The translations under genes and the position numbers were made by a program. Of a DNA stretch of 64,000 bases, positions 37,948 through 49,448 are shown piece after piece. The stretch is from Selaginella moellendorffii (taxonomy: Eukaryota > Plantae > Lycopodiophyta). Numbering within the stretch: position 1 is the first letter of the stretch; the number at the start of each line of letters is the position of its first letter. Under the pieces are notes generated by a model that saw only the letters and a list, made by a program, of their open reading frames with translations, was not told the DNA's origin and made no database searches. The stretch is taken from positions 342,156-406,155 of the forward strand of contig NW_003314376.1 in the NCBI RefSeq assembly GCF_000143415.4. The letters run 5' to 3'.

Positions 37948-38659
37948 CATGGCATATGAGGGTTTAAATTTTTCTTCGTGATTATCCTATGATAAATCAC
38001 TATAGGATAAAGGGTGAAAACCACATATGCTATAGATGATTAATATCACCATTGACAAACACCTTTTATTGAGCCAAAAATAACTAGAATCACTAAATCT
38101 ATTAATCTTTCTAATTTATATAGTAATTATTCCATATGAGACAATTATATTGTTATTTCACAATAGCTTCCTTCATCAATTATTGGAAAAGGGCAATTTC
38201 TTGATAATAGAGCCTTTAGTGATATTTTGTTATCTTTATATCATTAATTATTTTTCCATATACAGACCTTCATGTTGGAAATTAAACTGAGTTTTAATTG
38301 GAGGTCTAAATAAATGGGTGTAAGCTTAGATTACTCAAATTTAAGGATATTTAACACTCTAAATATCCTAAAACTCATAGCTGATTGGAAAATAGGGTGC
38401 ACTTTTGTTTATGGACCTTTTCCTTCTATATTTGAACCTTAATAGATATTTTAACATTAAATAATAAATATTATTTAAAATACTAAAATAATAATTAATA
38501 CAATTCATTCTATTAATGAATTGAATTTCAACTAAATTAACTACAAAAATATGATATTACAAAATTTTAAACTTCCCAAAACATAAATAATTTGTCATTA
38601 ATATGATTATTTATTTATAAATTATAAAACTATTTATATTAACATATAAAATAATAAAT

Positions 38660-38970
38660 TGCTATGTGTTGAATGTAGCAACACTTGGTTTGCTTAATAG
38701 TGTTATTCTTACTTATTAATTTAATTGATCAAATAAAATTTATAATTATAAGCATGTTTGTAATTTATAAACACAAAATTAATCTTATTTTTTATTAATT
38801 ATTAGATGGTAGAATAAAAAGGAATATACTAGAAAGGGTATAAGAAAGTTTATAATTTATAAATACAAGATTAATCTAAATGAATAACAACTGTTAAATG
38901 GTAGAATATCCTAGAATATCCAAGCACATTCTAAGTATATTCACTACCATCAATAAGTTTGCTTAATCAT
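38660..38970. repeat. AT-rich dispersed repeat, third copy
   Basis: Similar to 1-140 and, inverted, to 7850-8090. Confidence 0.7.
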
Positions 38971-39114
38971 TAAATTGCCCTAATTTAAAGTTTCAATAAA
39001 GGTGTGATAATTTGAGACTAATTGTTTGCATGCTACAGATTTCAGTAACAAAAGACAATGAATGTGTCAAGAAGCCATACGAACTTGTAAAAAATTCAAA
39101 GGACAGAATGGAAA

Positions 39115-42059
39115 TCATGGTTTAGTTTTATGACCATTGTTGGTGGAAGATTTTCTACAGAGGAGTAATGAAAAGTAGAGCAGGATTCGGTAAGCAAGAG
39201 CCATGGCAGCCAGAATCCACAAATCCATCCATTTCCCAGAGCTCGAGTCCCAGCTTGCATACCTCTGCCGCAGAAAATCTCTTCTACTCGAGTATTCGTT
39301 CTCCAAAATTCCCTGGAGAGAGAAAAAAGAGATGAATGAGATCACTCAAGGCTTTCAGTGGTCGTGCAAATACCTCGACGGCGTACGTGTGGAATGCAGC
39401 ATACGAGGCAGGATACTTCCACACAGTCTTTGGAACTTGATCGAGTTCTCGAAAGTGTCCGCCAGAGAGCATCATCAAAACCTGCAACAAAAGAGAATAT
39501 GTTCTTGGCTCTTTGATTGAAACTTCCAGACCTGGATGGTTGTGGCGACGAGGATGGCAGCAAAGACGTTGAGCGTGACGGAAGTGATGACNNNNNNNNN
39601 NNNNNNNNNNNNNNNNNNNNNNNNNNNNNNNNNNNNNNNNNNNNNNNNNNNNNNNNNNNNNNNNNNNNNNNNNNNNNNNNNNNNNNNNNNNAAGTAGCAC
39701 ACGGACGAGCAAACAGCCGAGACGAGCAGCAAGTATGGAGACGACGACACGAAGTTTGCGAGGACGAACACTCCAGCGCTCGTGTGATCGTTCTTCCTCT
39801 CGCGCCGATAAACCTGAGGAATGATCGATCGATCATACAAAAGCTAGAAGAGAAAGCTACCTTGATGTCTTTAGCAAGTGCTGGAACGCCGGCAATGGCG
39901 AGCAGTGAGAAGAAAGAGACCATAGCAAAGATTGCCGAAGCTCGCACCTGGACAAGTCACGATTTTAGCGAGACGATCACAGATTTTCATGAAAGGATCG
40001 AATGAACTCACAGTTACAAGCTGTGGGGAGTCGCCAAGGCCGTAGAAGATGGTGGCTATGCAAACGGAGAGTGGCAAGTAGAGAAGAAATCTGAGCCAGA
40101 AGTACGTGAAACACCTCGACATGTTGAGGAACGATCGATAAGTCACTGCTGCCACTCTGGTCGTGAAGCTGGCTTGGCCTCGCGATTTAAGAAATGGTCC
40201 CTCCTACGTGAAGCCAAATGAGAAAAGAATGAATGGAGAAAGATCAAAGCTAAAAACCTTTTCGGAGAGCTGATGGACCAAAGCTTCGACAACAGCGGCT
40301 TCGTTCGATGCGTTGTAAGTGGTTTCTAGCGTTCTAGTGATTACTGACGCGTCCAATCTTCGCCATGGCGAGGCTCCTTGCTCATAGTCCTGTCAAGAAG
40401 AATTTGTAAGTAAGTTGGAAGAACTTTGAAGATTTCTCGCGAAGGAAAGTTTGATCCTTGTGGAAGAACACGAGAAAAAAGCTTGCTTGCCTGGTTAAGC
40501 TTGGTGATGCGATTTACTTTCTCAAACTCGGCATTTAGAGCTCGAAGGAAATGGTCAGTGGGATTTTGCAAGGACGGGCAAGGAAATCCCGCACTGGCAA
40601 AAAGCTGCAAAGGCGATTGAACAGTCAATACAGAGAACAAAGTTGTCACTGAGAATAAAACGGCAGTACCTCGAGACAGGCAGCAGTGTCTCCAAAAAAG
40701 ATAGCCTTTCCTTTGGAGAGCAAGCAAATGGTGGTGAGGAGATGGAACACCTCGGTACAAGTCCGCTCGGTGGTGATCACTACGGTGCAACCATTGCTCG
40801 CAAGCTTCTTCAGAGAAGCAACCAGCAGGAACGCTGAAACACTGCTCCAAGGATCAAAAGAGTTTTAAGAAAGTTCATAGATACCTGTCGAGATTGTCGA
40901 TCGGTTCGTCGCAAAAGATGAGAGTCGGCCTTGTGAGAAGCTCCATGGCGATCGTCAGTCGTTTCCTCTCGCCGGGAGTGAGACCCTTGACGAGAAACGA
41001 TCCTCCGACGGGTATGGAGCCATAGCCTTCGAGCTCCATGCTGGAGATTGCCGAGTCCACCACGGCCGTTTTCTCGGAGCACGGCGTACATTTTGGAAGC
41101 TGGAGAAGAGCCGCGTTGTAGAGCGTCTCGCGGACAGTCAGAGTTTCGATAAGTTGCTCGCCTTTGCTCACGTAGGCCTAAAAAGAACGATTTTTCCCAT
41201 TGCAAGCTTATAGTCAAGTTTGATGATCTTGATCTAGAGAAGAAAACTTACGTAAGTTCCATACTTGAGATATCTAGGCCGACCGTTGAGCAGTACCTCA
41301 CCATAGACTTTGGCATGGCTTGGGAATCGTCCTGAAAAATAAAAAAATATCGCAAAGTTAGCAGAAGTTTCACTTCAAAGAAGCAAACAAACGAACAAAG
41401 TTAAAAAAGAGTCACGAACGAAGAATCCTGGCAGAAAGAAGAGCCTAGCATCGCAGCTAGAAAAGAAGAATCCAAAGAGAGCGAGAAAGAACGAATGGAA
41501 GAAGTAGCTATTGCTGTGGCAGATTAAAGAAAGCTGATGGAAGAAGTAGCTATAGCTATGGCGGATAAAGAGAAGAGATCATACCCGCGAGAGCTTTTAA
41601 GAGATGGTTCTTGCCACAGCAGGAAGGACCCATGATCGCGGTGAGCGTCCCTGGCGTCGCGTACCCAGTCAAGCTCTGGATCACCTTGTTCTTGCCATCC
41701 AAGCTCACCGTCAAATCCCTCCACGCCAAGCTCGCCCATCTCTCCAGCTTGTTCCCATTTGCATCCAGCGGGCTCACTCGCGACGAGGATCCACTCCCGC
41801 CCGAGCTGCTAATCTCTCGCACAAACCCACCAGCGCCGCTGCCACCATTGCTCCCCCTCTCCACCACGAACGCCGCTGGCTCTGGCGGATTCGTGATGGT
41901 GCTCGTGCTCATCACGATCTCTCGGCCCAGTGGGCTCGGCCCCGGGCTCCTTCGCTGCCGCCGGAGTGCTTGCCCGGCGCTCGAGCTCGAGCTGGCGCCG
42001 CCTTGTTCTTGCGAGCTTGACGACGGTTGTGGTGGTGGTATCGCTGTTGGTTCTTCCAT
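39115..42059 (-). CDS. ABCG3: ABCG half-size transporter, ABCG3-like (multi-exon; assembly gap at 39592-39691)
   Basis: ASLAWRDLTV..GYATPGTLTAIMGP, LIETLTVRETLY, KGLTPGERKR..IAMELLTRP, DEPIDNLD, AGFPCPSLQNPTDHFLRALN, RSFLNMSR..YFWLR and AIAGVPALAKDIK. NBD-TMD order with the ABCG3-type non-canonical motifs. Confidence 0.85.
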
Positions 42060-43483
42060 TCTTTCTCGCTCCAATGCTTGGGCTCTCTCGATCGATCCCT
42101 GGAGCCCGGCTGAAAGATCAGTGATCAGTGGAAGCGCCTCGAGAGAACGAAAGGACGGGGAGAAAGAAAGATTTGGTTTTTCTGGCTTGACCGACAAAGA
42201 AGAATGATCGATCGCTATGGACTTACTTGGGTGTGATTGGTTTGTTCTTCGTCTTCGCTCTATGCCATGCCTGGAACACGATCAAGGCGAGCTCGCCATT
42301 GGTGGAGGAGGGGATTTGACTGTTCTAGAACAAGACAAAGTTTTTTCATGAGCAAGAAAAGATCTTTCTCCTCTTTTCTCTTTCTCTCTCGCTCTCTCCA
42401 CACACTCGCGCAAAAACCCACCTGGAAGAGATCTTCGGCCAATCAAGAGCTCACTCACTTGCCATGTCTCGATCGATCATCCCATCGATTGCTGAGAGTT
42501 TAGAGAAAGCCAACAAGGAAAAGATAAAAACGAAAGTGTCTGTTGCGAAGGAAAAGACGATCTCTCTCTCTCTCTCTCGATCAAGAGCTTTAACATGTGT
42601 TTTGCAAGTGATATAAGAGGATCACGAACAGGGATTCTTCTTGTTCTTGGGAGATGTGACAAGTAGAGCAAGAAATTCTAGAAAAAACTCTTAAGCATGG
42701 ATGATAGATGGATGGGTCGCATTCAAGCAAGAAAAGGTGTAAAAAAAAGTGGTGCAGTAGTAGTAGCAGTACCTCAAGGTTGCTGCTGCGTTGCCATAGC
42801 GGGCCAGTTCCTTGTTCTTTTTTCTCCTTCTTGTGCCAGAGAGCTCCCCTGCCCAAGAACAGTATGATCAGGTACCAGTAAAGACTTTTGTTACAGCGTG
42901 TCAAAATCACAACACGCTTTGTTTGTTCGCAGCGCGATCACCTTCTGGAATTTCTTTTCTTCTGGTTATCGAGGCAGTGGTGTTCTGGGGATTTCAGCTA
43001 GCTTCCAACAAGAAAGAAAGTGATCGAACACTTTCACTGATCGTTCATCGCCCTGATTAAGAGTGGGGTTTTGAGATCTTCTAGTCGACTCTCTTTTGGA
43101 ATCCAGACTTCCGGAATCACTGGCGGTGATGATCATAACAGCGGCAAGCCAGCATTCATTCAACCGGGAACATAATGATGGCTCCGTCCAGTTCGGACTT
43201 TACCGTTGTCACAGGAATATTCGTATGAATAAAAGTACTTCGATTTAGGGTACCCTTTATTTTTCTTTACTAAGATCTTATGGGAATGTACAGGACGATA
43301 TACTGGTTTGCCAAGGGGCTAACCTAGTAGGCTCAATTCTGAAAACTCATAATTAGCATAATCGACCAGAAAACCCTTGTATAAATTCAACTCAATTAAA
43401 CGAGATTATTTAGGGATGAATTTTTATTATTAAAGCAAATGCCTGGCCTAACCTCTCAGATCTAACAGTCAAGCTTCAGAAGG

Positions 43484-44850
43484 ATGACAAGGAGAATGCG
43501 AAGATTCGGAAGGAGACGGGCTAGCATGGATGAAGGCCCTTCCTCGATGGTAACTGTGAATTCCCAGGACGTTTTGTTTGACCAAAGTTTGTCCAGGGAA
43601 AAGGTTGCCCAGGCACGAGCCATTGACAAGTGTGACAAACTTGGCATAATATCTTTCACCTATGTCCGCTTTCTCGAACATAGAAGCCCGCGCCTGCAGC
43701 CGCGCTCTAGTGGCCTTGCTGACCTTCTAGAGACTGTGACTACGGTAGCCAGGATGACCTCCTATGTGACTTTGTGCTGGAGCTGGAGTGAGATCTTGAG
43801 AAACAATGGAGGGTGGATGAGCTGAGCGATTTTCTGGATGAAGAACTAGCAGCCAAGTGGGTCCAGCGCCAGGAGGAGTGTTTCCCAGCCGATGTACCAT
43901 GGCCATATAGTGACATTGAGGATTCGCCTGACTCCGTGTATGCAAAGGTGGCGAAAAGGTGGGACGTGAACGAGGGTGAACTCATGTATCAAGACATCTC
44001 CGATTGGGAGAACGAACCCTAGCTCAACGACATGCTAGGCACCAGGATAAATGCTGTGGCGGACAGTTGAAGCTAAGTGAGATGCCCTTTCTATCTCTAC
44101 GAAGAGCATGTCGTACGCTGGCACCTGGTGCGCTGGATACAAGTGCTACAGTCTACGAAATGGCACCTGCTGGTGAAGATCTCTTGAGTTATAAGCTCCT
44201 GCATCCGGTATGCCATGCTGAGGGCATGGATAAGATGAGAAGTTTAGCGAGATTCCTGAGTGGCTTAAAGAACCAGGTGAGTCAAGCAGGACAGTTGAGG
44301 CATCGAAAAGAGGTTAATTAAGCTGCTTGGATTTGGCAAAAGTGAAGCTCCTCAAGGAGATACCGACGATGACGTCGTGGAATTTTGCCAAATCTCCTCA
44401 ACGTTACCAAAGGAGATGCCGACGACGACGTCCTGGAAAAGACCTTGCTGTCATTTGCTTTGCTCGGTTTGGAGATTTCGCCCCCTAGTGGCAGGATCAC
44501 CAAGAGTGCTGTGGGTTTCGCCATTGGATCCTCTCTTATCTGCTGCAGTTTCTCAGCAAACCGGAGACGCTGGCCGAGTTCTACGGTCCTTCACTATCTA
44601 CCACATCATCACGTCACCATGAACTCAGGGCCCAAACTGTGTTCATGGGTGTTTTTGAGGAGCTGAAGCCCCGGGTGAGCATCAAGCAGCTGCTATCTAG
44701 CATAGTGTCGAACACCTTCTTCAAATGCTTGAGCAGCGCGGTTTTACCACAGTCGTTTGGGCCGATACGACGAGCACGTTTTGTGGCGGCGCCGCAAGAA
44801 TAGCCAACAGTATCAGCTTGGCGCGCCCTTCCCAGTTCATCGCCAACTAA
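43484..44850 (+). pseudogene. Frameshifted coding-like relic of unknown family
   Basis: A chain of overlapping protein-like ORF pieces (43484-43825, 43813-44022, 44004-44321, 44385-44666) in GC-balanced DNA. No family was recognised. Confidence 0.35.
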
Positions 44851-45207
44851 CGAAGGTTTTCTTTTAGCGATCGCACGTGGTATGTTTCAAGGAAGAAGAG
44901 GCACGCAAGTTTTTAATGGCTACTCGCCATTGGGACTCTGGCTGGGCTGGGAATCGGTCACATTTTCGTGACCTCAAGAGCTTCGGATCTAAATCTATCT
45001 ATCTTCTGTTTCTAGTCTCGCAGTGTGCCCATCGAGAAGCATGAGACATTATGCAATGCAATGCAGTTTATTACTTTATCAAATTCTCCACCTTGTCCTC
45101 GCCAAATCCATTTGAGTAACGTTTTGGAGGAACGAGGAAGAAGGACGCTAAATGTATAGTTTAAAGTCTCATCATTCTTAGGTTGCACTATTTCTTTCTC
45201 TAAGACG

Positions 45208-47622
45208 TTACCAGCAGTCCTTACAGGAACAGGCACCGCTTATCTCAAAGTGGTGAAACTTGCTCTCGTCTCGCAACACAATCCTCCTCCTCGTTCTCTC
45301 GGAGATGATCTTAAGAGCTGCATGACAATCCCAGCAAGCTCTAGATTTTTTAACCACTTGCAGCTCCCTACCGTGTGGCGTGGAGATCAATCCAAGACCG
45401 ACTGCCAGCATCTCGCTGTGGTGGCGACGGGAATCCTGTTCATCCAGCACACATCTAGCAAGCTCTCGCCGGATCTCTTCAGCCCTGGGATGAGACGATC
45501 CATCACCAGCAGAGAATTCATGTACCACCTTGTCAATCTCGATGAAACTCTCCGACTCCTCGGACGGAACGTCTCCAACAAAACCATCCTTGAGTTTGTC
45601 CCTCCCAGCGGACGAGAAAATGCTCGACAGCATCACCAGTGCCTGGGAGTTTCCCACTAGGCCGTGGAGCTGGAACGAACGCTCCGCAACACGGGCTGCC
45701 CGATCGAAGTCACCGTGAACCTTGCAAGCGTTGAGCAGCGAGAAGCACACGGCCTCGGTTGGAAGGCACGGCATCGCAAAGAAGAGCTCCTCGGCCTCCC
45801 TCAGCGATCCTGCTCGAGCCAACGTGTCCACCAGGCACGAGTAGTGCTCCACCTTTGGAGTGAAGTTCGTGTAGTCTTCACGGATGGACGAGAGCTGCGA
45901 GACAGCATCCCGGCTTCTTCGACCGCCATGACTGATCGAGCAAAGGATGCTGACGAAGCTACTGTCGTTTGGAGTGACGCCTTCCAAGCTCAGGTCCCAG
46001 TAGAGCTCTATGGCCTGTGTGTCGTGTCCGTGTTGGGCGTAAGCTGCGATCATCGTGTTCCAGGCCACCACGTCTCGAGCAAAGATCTTGTCAAACACTG
46101 CTCGAGCCGATGCCACTCGGCCACACTTCCCGTAGAGGTTGACGAGCGAGGTTTTCACGACGATGTCCGACTCGATCTCCTGGGACAGACTCGAGTGAGT
46201 TGCATGGATCTCGCTGCCTCTCTCCAGCGCGGCCATGTCCGCGCAAGCGTCCAAGATGCTCACCACCGTGATCACGTTTGGCTTCACAAGCTTTTCGTCC
46301 ATGATCCGCTCGTAGAGCTCCAAAACTTCTCGGCCGCGTCCCTGCTGAGCGTACGTCGCGATCATGGAGTTCCAAGTCACGATGTTCCTGGCAGTGATCT
46401 TGTCGAAGACGTGCTTGGCGTCTTGGATGCTGCCACACTTCCCATACAAGCTGACGAGGGAGTTTCCCAGCATGACGAAGCTCTCGTATCCGGCAGCGGC
46501 GATTCTCTCGTGGATCGTCTTGGCCTCTTCCAAACTTCCACACGCCGCGAGCATGCTGACGAAGGTGACGTGATCCGGCCTCATTCCTTCCAGCTCCATG
46601 AGCCGAAAGATCCGAAACGCGTCTCGCTCACAACCATTTTGAGCGCAGGCCGCGATGAGAGCGCTCCAAGCCACCACTGTTCTCTCCGGCATCGCATCAA
46701 ACACCTCCCTGGCCTGCTCGAGCTTTCCAAACCTCCCATACATCGTCAGCACGGCAGTCTGGACGATCATACCCGAGTCGAAACCGCAAGCTCTGATCCG
46801 GCTGTAGGTCCTCTCCCCCTGCTGGACAGTCGAGCAAGAACTTAGAAGAGTCACAAGCGTAGCCTCTTTAGATCTCATACCTTGAAAGTCCATCTCGTGG
46901 TGGAGTCTCATGGCTTCTCGAGTAAAACCATGCTGCGCGTACGCTCCTAGCATCGAGTTCCAGCAATGCGAGTCTCTTACCTCGAGCTCGATCGAGTCGA
47001 AAATCTCCCTGGCAGCTCGCACAGCTCCACACTTGCCGTAGAGATTGACGAGCGCGGTGGCCACCACCAAGTCGGAGTGGAGTCCACTCTCCACTGCCAC
47101 GGCTCGGACGCTCTGGCCGGAGGAGAGATCGCCGAGATCCGAGCAAACAGTGATGGCGATGCTGAGAGTGAAGCTATCGACGCGAATCCCCTCCAGCAGC
47201 ATCCTCCAGAACAATCCAAGTGCCGCGTGAAAATGCCCATTGTGGGCATACGCCGAGAGGATCATCGTCCACGAGTACTCGTTCCAGCGCTTGATCCCAT
47301 CAAACACTTCCTTGGCCTCTTCCACAAGCCCGCATTTGCCATACATTTCCACTGCCAGGTTCTTGAGGAATCGGAGCTTCTCGTGGCCGGTTCTTCCCAC
47401 GAATCTCATCGAGTTGCCCTGGTCGCTCTTGACGATGTGGGCGTGGACTCGCCGCCCCTGCTCCGCGTCCCTGGCCAGCGCGCAACGCCGGAGCAGCGCT
47501 GCGTACGCCGCCGAGTCCACGAAATCCTGGCACTCCATCGCGCTTACCTCCTCGCGCAATCCTAGATGTGAATCGCCGGGGAGTGGCTGCAGCGCCCATT
47601 CCGCTTGGATCGCGGCCACCAT
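45208..47622 (-). CDS. PLS-class PPR protein with E and DYW-like deaminase domain (candidate organellar C-to-U editing factor)
   Basis: 804-aa ORF with PLS repeats, an E domain, HSE...CWDCH zinc ligands and the terminus FHHFEISGACSCKDCW. Confidence 0.93.
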   Translation of the reverse strand: MVAAIQAEWALQPLPGDSHLGLREEVSAMECQDFVDSAAYAALLRRCALARDAEQGRRVHAHIVKSDQGNSMRFVGRTGHEKLRFLKNLAVEMYGKCGLVEEAKEVFDGIKRWNEYSWTMILSAYAHNGHFHAALGLFWRMLLEGIRVDSFTLSIAITVCSDLGDLSSGQSVRAVAVESGLHSDLVVATALVNLYGKCGAVRAAREIFDSIELEVRDSHCWNSMLGAYAQHGFTREAMRLHHEMDFQGMRSKEATLVTLLSSCSTVQQGERTYSRIRACGFDSGMIVQTAVLTMYGRFGKLEQAREVFDAMPERTVVAWSALIAACAQNGCERDAFRIFRLMELEGMRPDHVTFVSMLAACGSLEEAKTIHERIAAAGYESFVMLGNSLVSLYGKCGSIQDAKHVFDKITARNIVTWNSMIATYAQQGRGREVLELYERIMDEKLVKPNVITVVSILDACADMAALERGSEIHATHSSLSQEIESDIVVKTSLVNLYGKCGRVASARAVFDKIFARDVVAWNTMIAAYAQHGHDTQAIELYWDLSLEGVTPNDSSFVSILCSISHGGRRSRDAVSQLSSIREDYTNFTPKVEHYSCLVDTLARAGSLREAEELFFAMPCLPTEAVCFSLLNACKVHGDFDRAARVAERSFQLHGLVGNSQALVMLSSIFSSAGRDKLKDGFVGDVPSEESESFIEIDKVVHEFSAGDGSSHPRAEEIRRELARCVLDEQDSRRHHSEMLAVGLGLISTPHGRELQVVKKSRACWDCHAALKIISERTRRRIVLRDESKFHHFEISGACSCKDCW

Positions 47623-48009
47623 CGCTCATTGATCGGAAGAGCCCTAAAATAAATTTGGAGAGCTAAAGAGTAAATAGCGAAAGGATCCAGAAAAGCCCAT
47701 GAAGAGGATTGATCCATCCCAAATCCTCTCCTCTTCATGGGCTTTCCGTGCTCTTCTTTGCTTGCTTAAGTCATGCTCTCTCCCAAAGTTTTTTCGCAAA
47801 GGTCATGATCATGTCCTCAATAAGCTTGATCATTGATCACATTCACTTGTATTTTGATATGCTAAATTCTTGCTCTTCATCTCAATCACATCCTCGCCGG
47901 CACCGAGCTGCGCTGTGGATTCCTGGAACCGCGACACCTACCTTTTACTTGGTGGCAAGCCTAAGGATATGTCATGTTGGTGCTAGTGTGATATACAGGA
48001 CCTTATCTA

Positions 48010-48610
48010 TATGAATGCAATGTATGGATTTGTCCCTCTAGCTTTCATCCGGTTTTCGCCAAAAATGATGGTAGGGATGTCTCTCAGGTGCTGGTAGTGG
48101 GGGACGTAAAACAAGGGAGCACTGCTTGCATCCCGTGGGATGCGTGGTCGATAGTGTCGGCCGCGTTTCACTTCTAGTTGATGAGCGCTGCAGCAGTAGG
48201 CAGCCATTGTAGTGCAAACCCATTCTAGGTCGAGGCCTAGTCGTGTTGTCCAAGCTCTCACCTCGCTCCACCATCCTCCATTTCTCTGGTACATGAGGCT
48301 TTAGCCTTAGCTATCTTGGTGGTCACGTTGCAGTGCTTGATGAAGGAAATTGTCTGTTTCTATGGCTGGATAGTGCATTCTACCTGCTGATGTCCCTGCC
48401 TCTTTGATAAAGAGTGTAGACCAGCTACTTGTACATGGTTGTCTCGGTTACTTGCTCCCTGGTATTGTGGTACCAGGTTTCCAAAAACCATGAGTTGTGT
48501 TTTGGAGAGGTTGACTTGCATACCTGCCTGCACAGCGTATAGAACAATCGCTGCATCATGAGGCATCTGGAGCTGGTAGCAGAAGATCCATGTAGAGAGT
48601 CTCAAGTTCA
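48010..48610 (-). mobile_element. Degenerate non-LTR retrotransposon (LINE) 3' fragment
   Basis: GMQVNLSKTQLMVF (end of RT), followed by CSAHQLEVKRGRH..PRIPR...PHYQHLR (C-terminal region around the zinc finger). Confidence 0.6.
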
Positions 48611-49448
48611 TTAGAAAAGGGAGAGTGTGTCCACTTTAAGGTTTTTGGTGTTTGGCAGTTGGGCAGTTCAGCAGCTGGAATATCTTAGTTTATTCTATAA
48701 AATAACTGGTTAAGATATTAATTAAATGTTTTTTTTTGTAATTATAAAAATCAGTTTAGATGTTCTTTATTTTACCTTTTTTTTTTTCTACCAATTTCTT
48801 CAAGAGTAAGCACACACCACCCAACAACACTGTACTACTTAGGGCTGTTGAAGTGTCCTCTAGTGCTCTTATGAATCTCAAAGTTGCATCCACCATTCTG
48901 CAAGAAGCCCTCATTAAATTGCCAAGAGTTAGCTTTTATTCCATTTTAGAGCAAAATATGACCACACCAAATGGTTTTTAGGTTAGCCACCACAAGACCA
49001 CTTGGTTCTGAATGTTAATGCCCTACTGTGTGAGAGCCAAAATTCAGTATGGAGGTTTGAGTTGAAAAATGAGAATTATTTTCTGGAGTAGATTGATAAA
49101 CAATTGTTGCAAATTTTTCCCTCCCAAAGACTTTGCAATTAATGGATCTGGACATCTTGGTGGGCTCATCTCAACTGCATGATGGCAGATTATCACAAAG
49201 ATCCACAATAAAGGTTCAAGCCATGGGTAAGCAAGGCTTGTTCATTCCTGTCTGGTCACATGCCACATTGTGCTTGTGTAGAAACTTTGTTCCTTACAAC
49301 TATTACAAGCTGGCTGCCCTGCTGCTGCAAGATGACATCATTGAGCATACTGGACAAGCAATACATCTTGCAATGCTTTTATAATATTTACATTTAAAAT
49401 TTATTTACTTATAATAATAATAATAATAATAATAATAAAATTAATATT

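Noticed and set aside
39592-39691. N runs here and at 63033-63132
   Set aside because: They are assembly gaps, not biological features.
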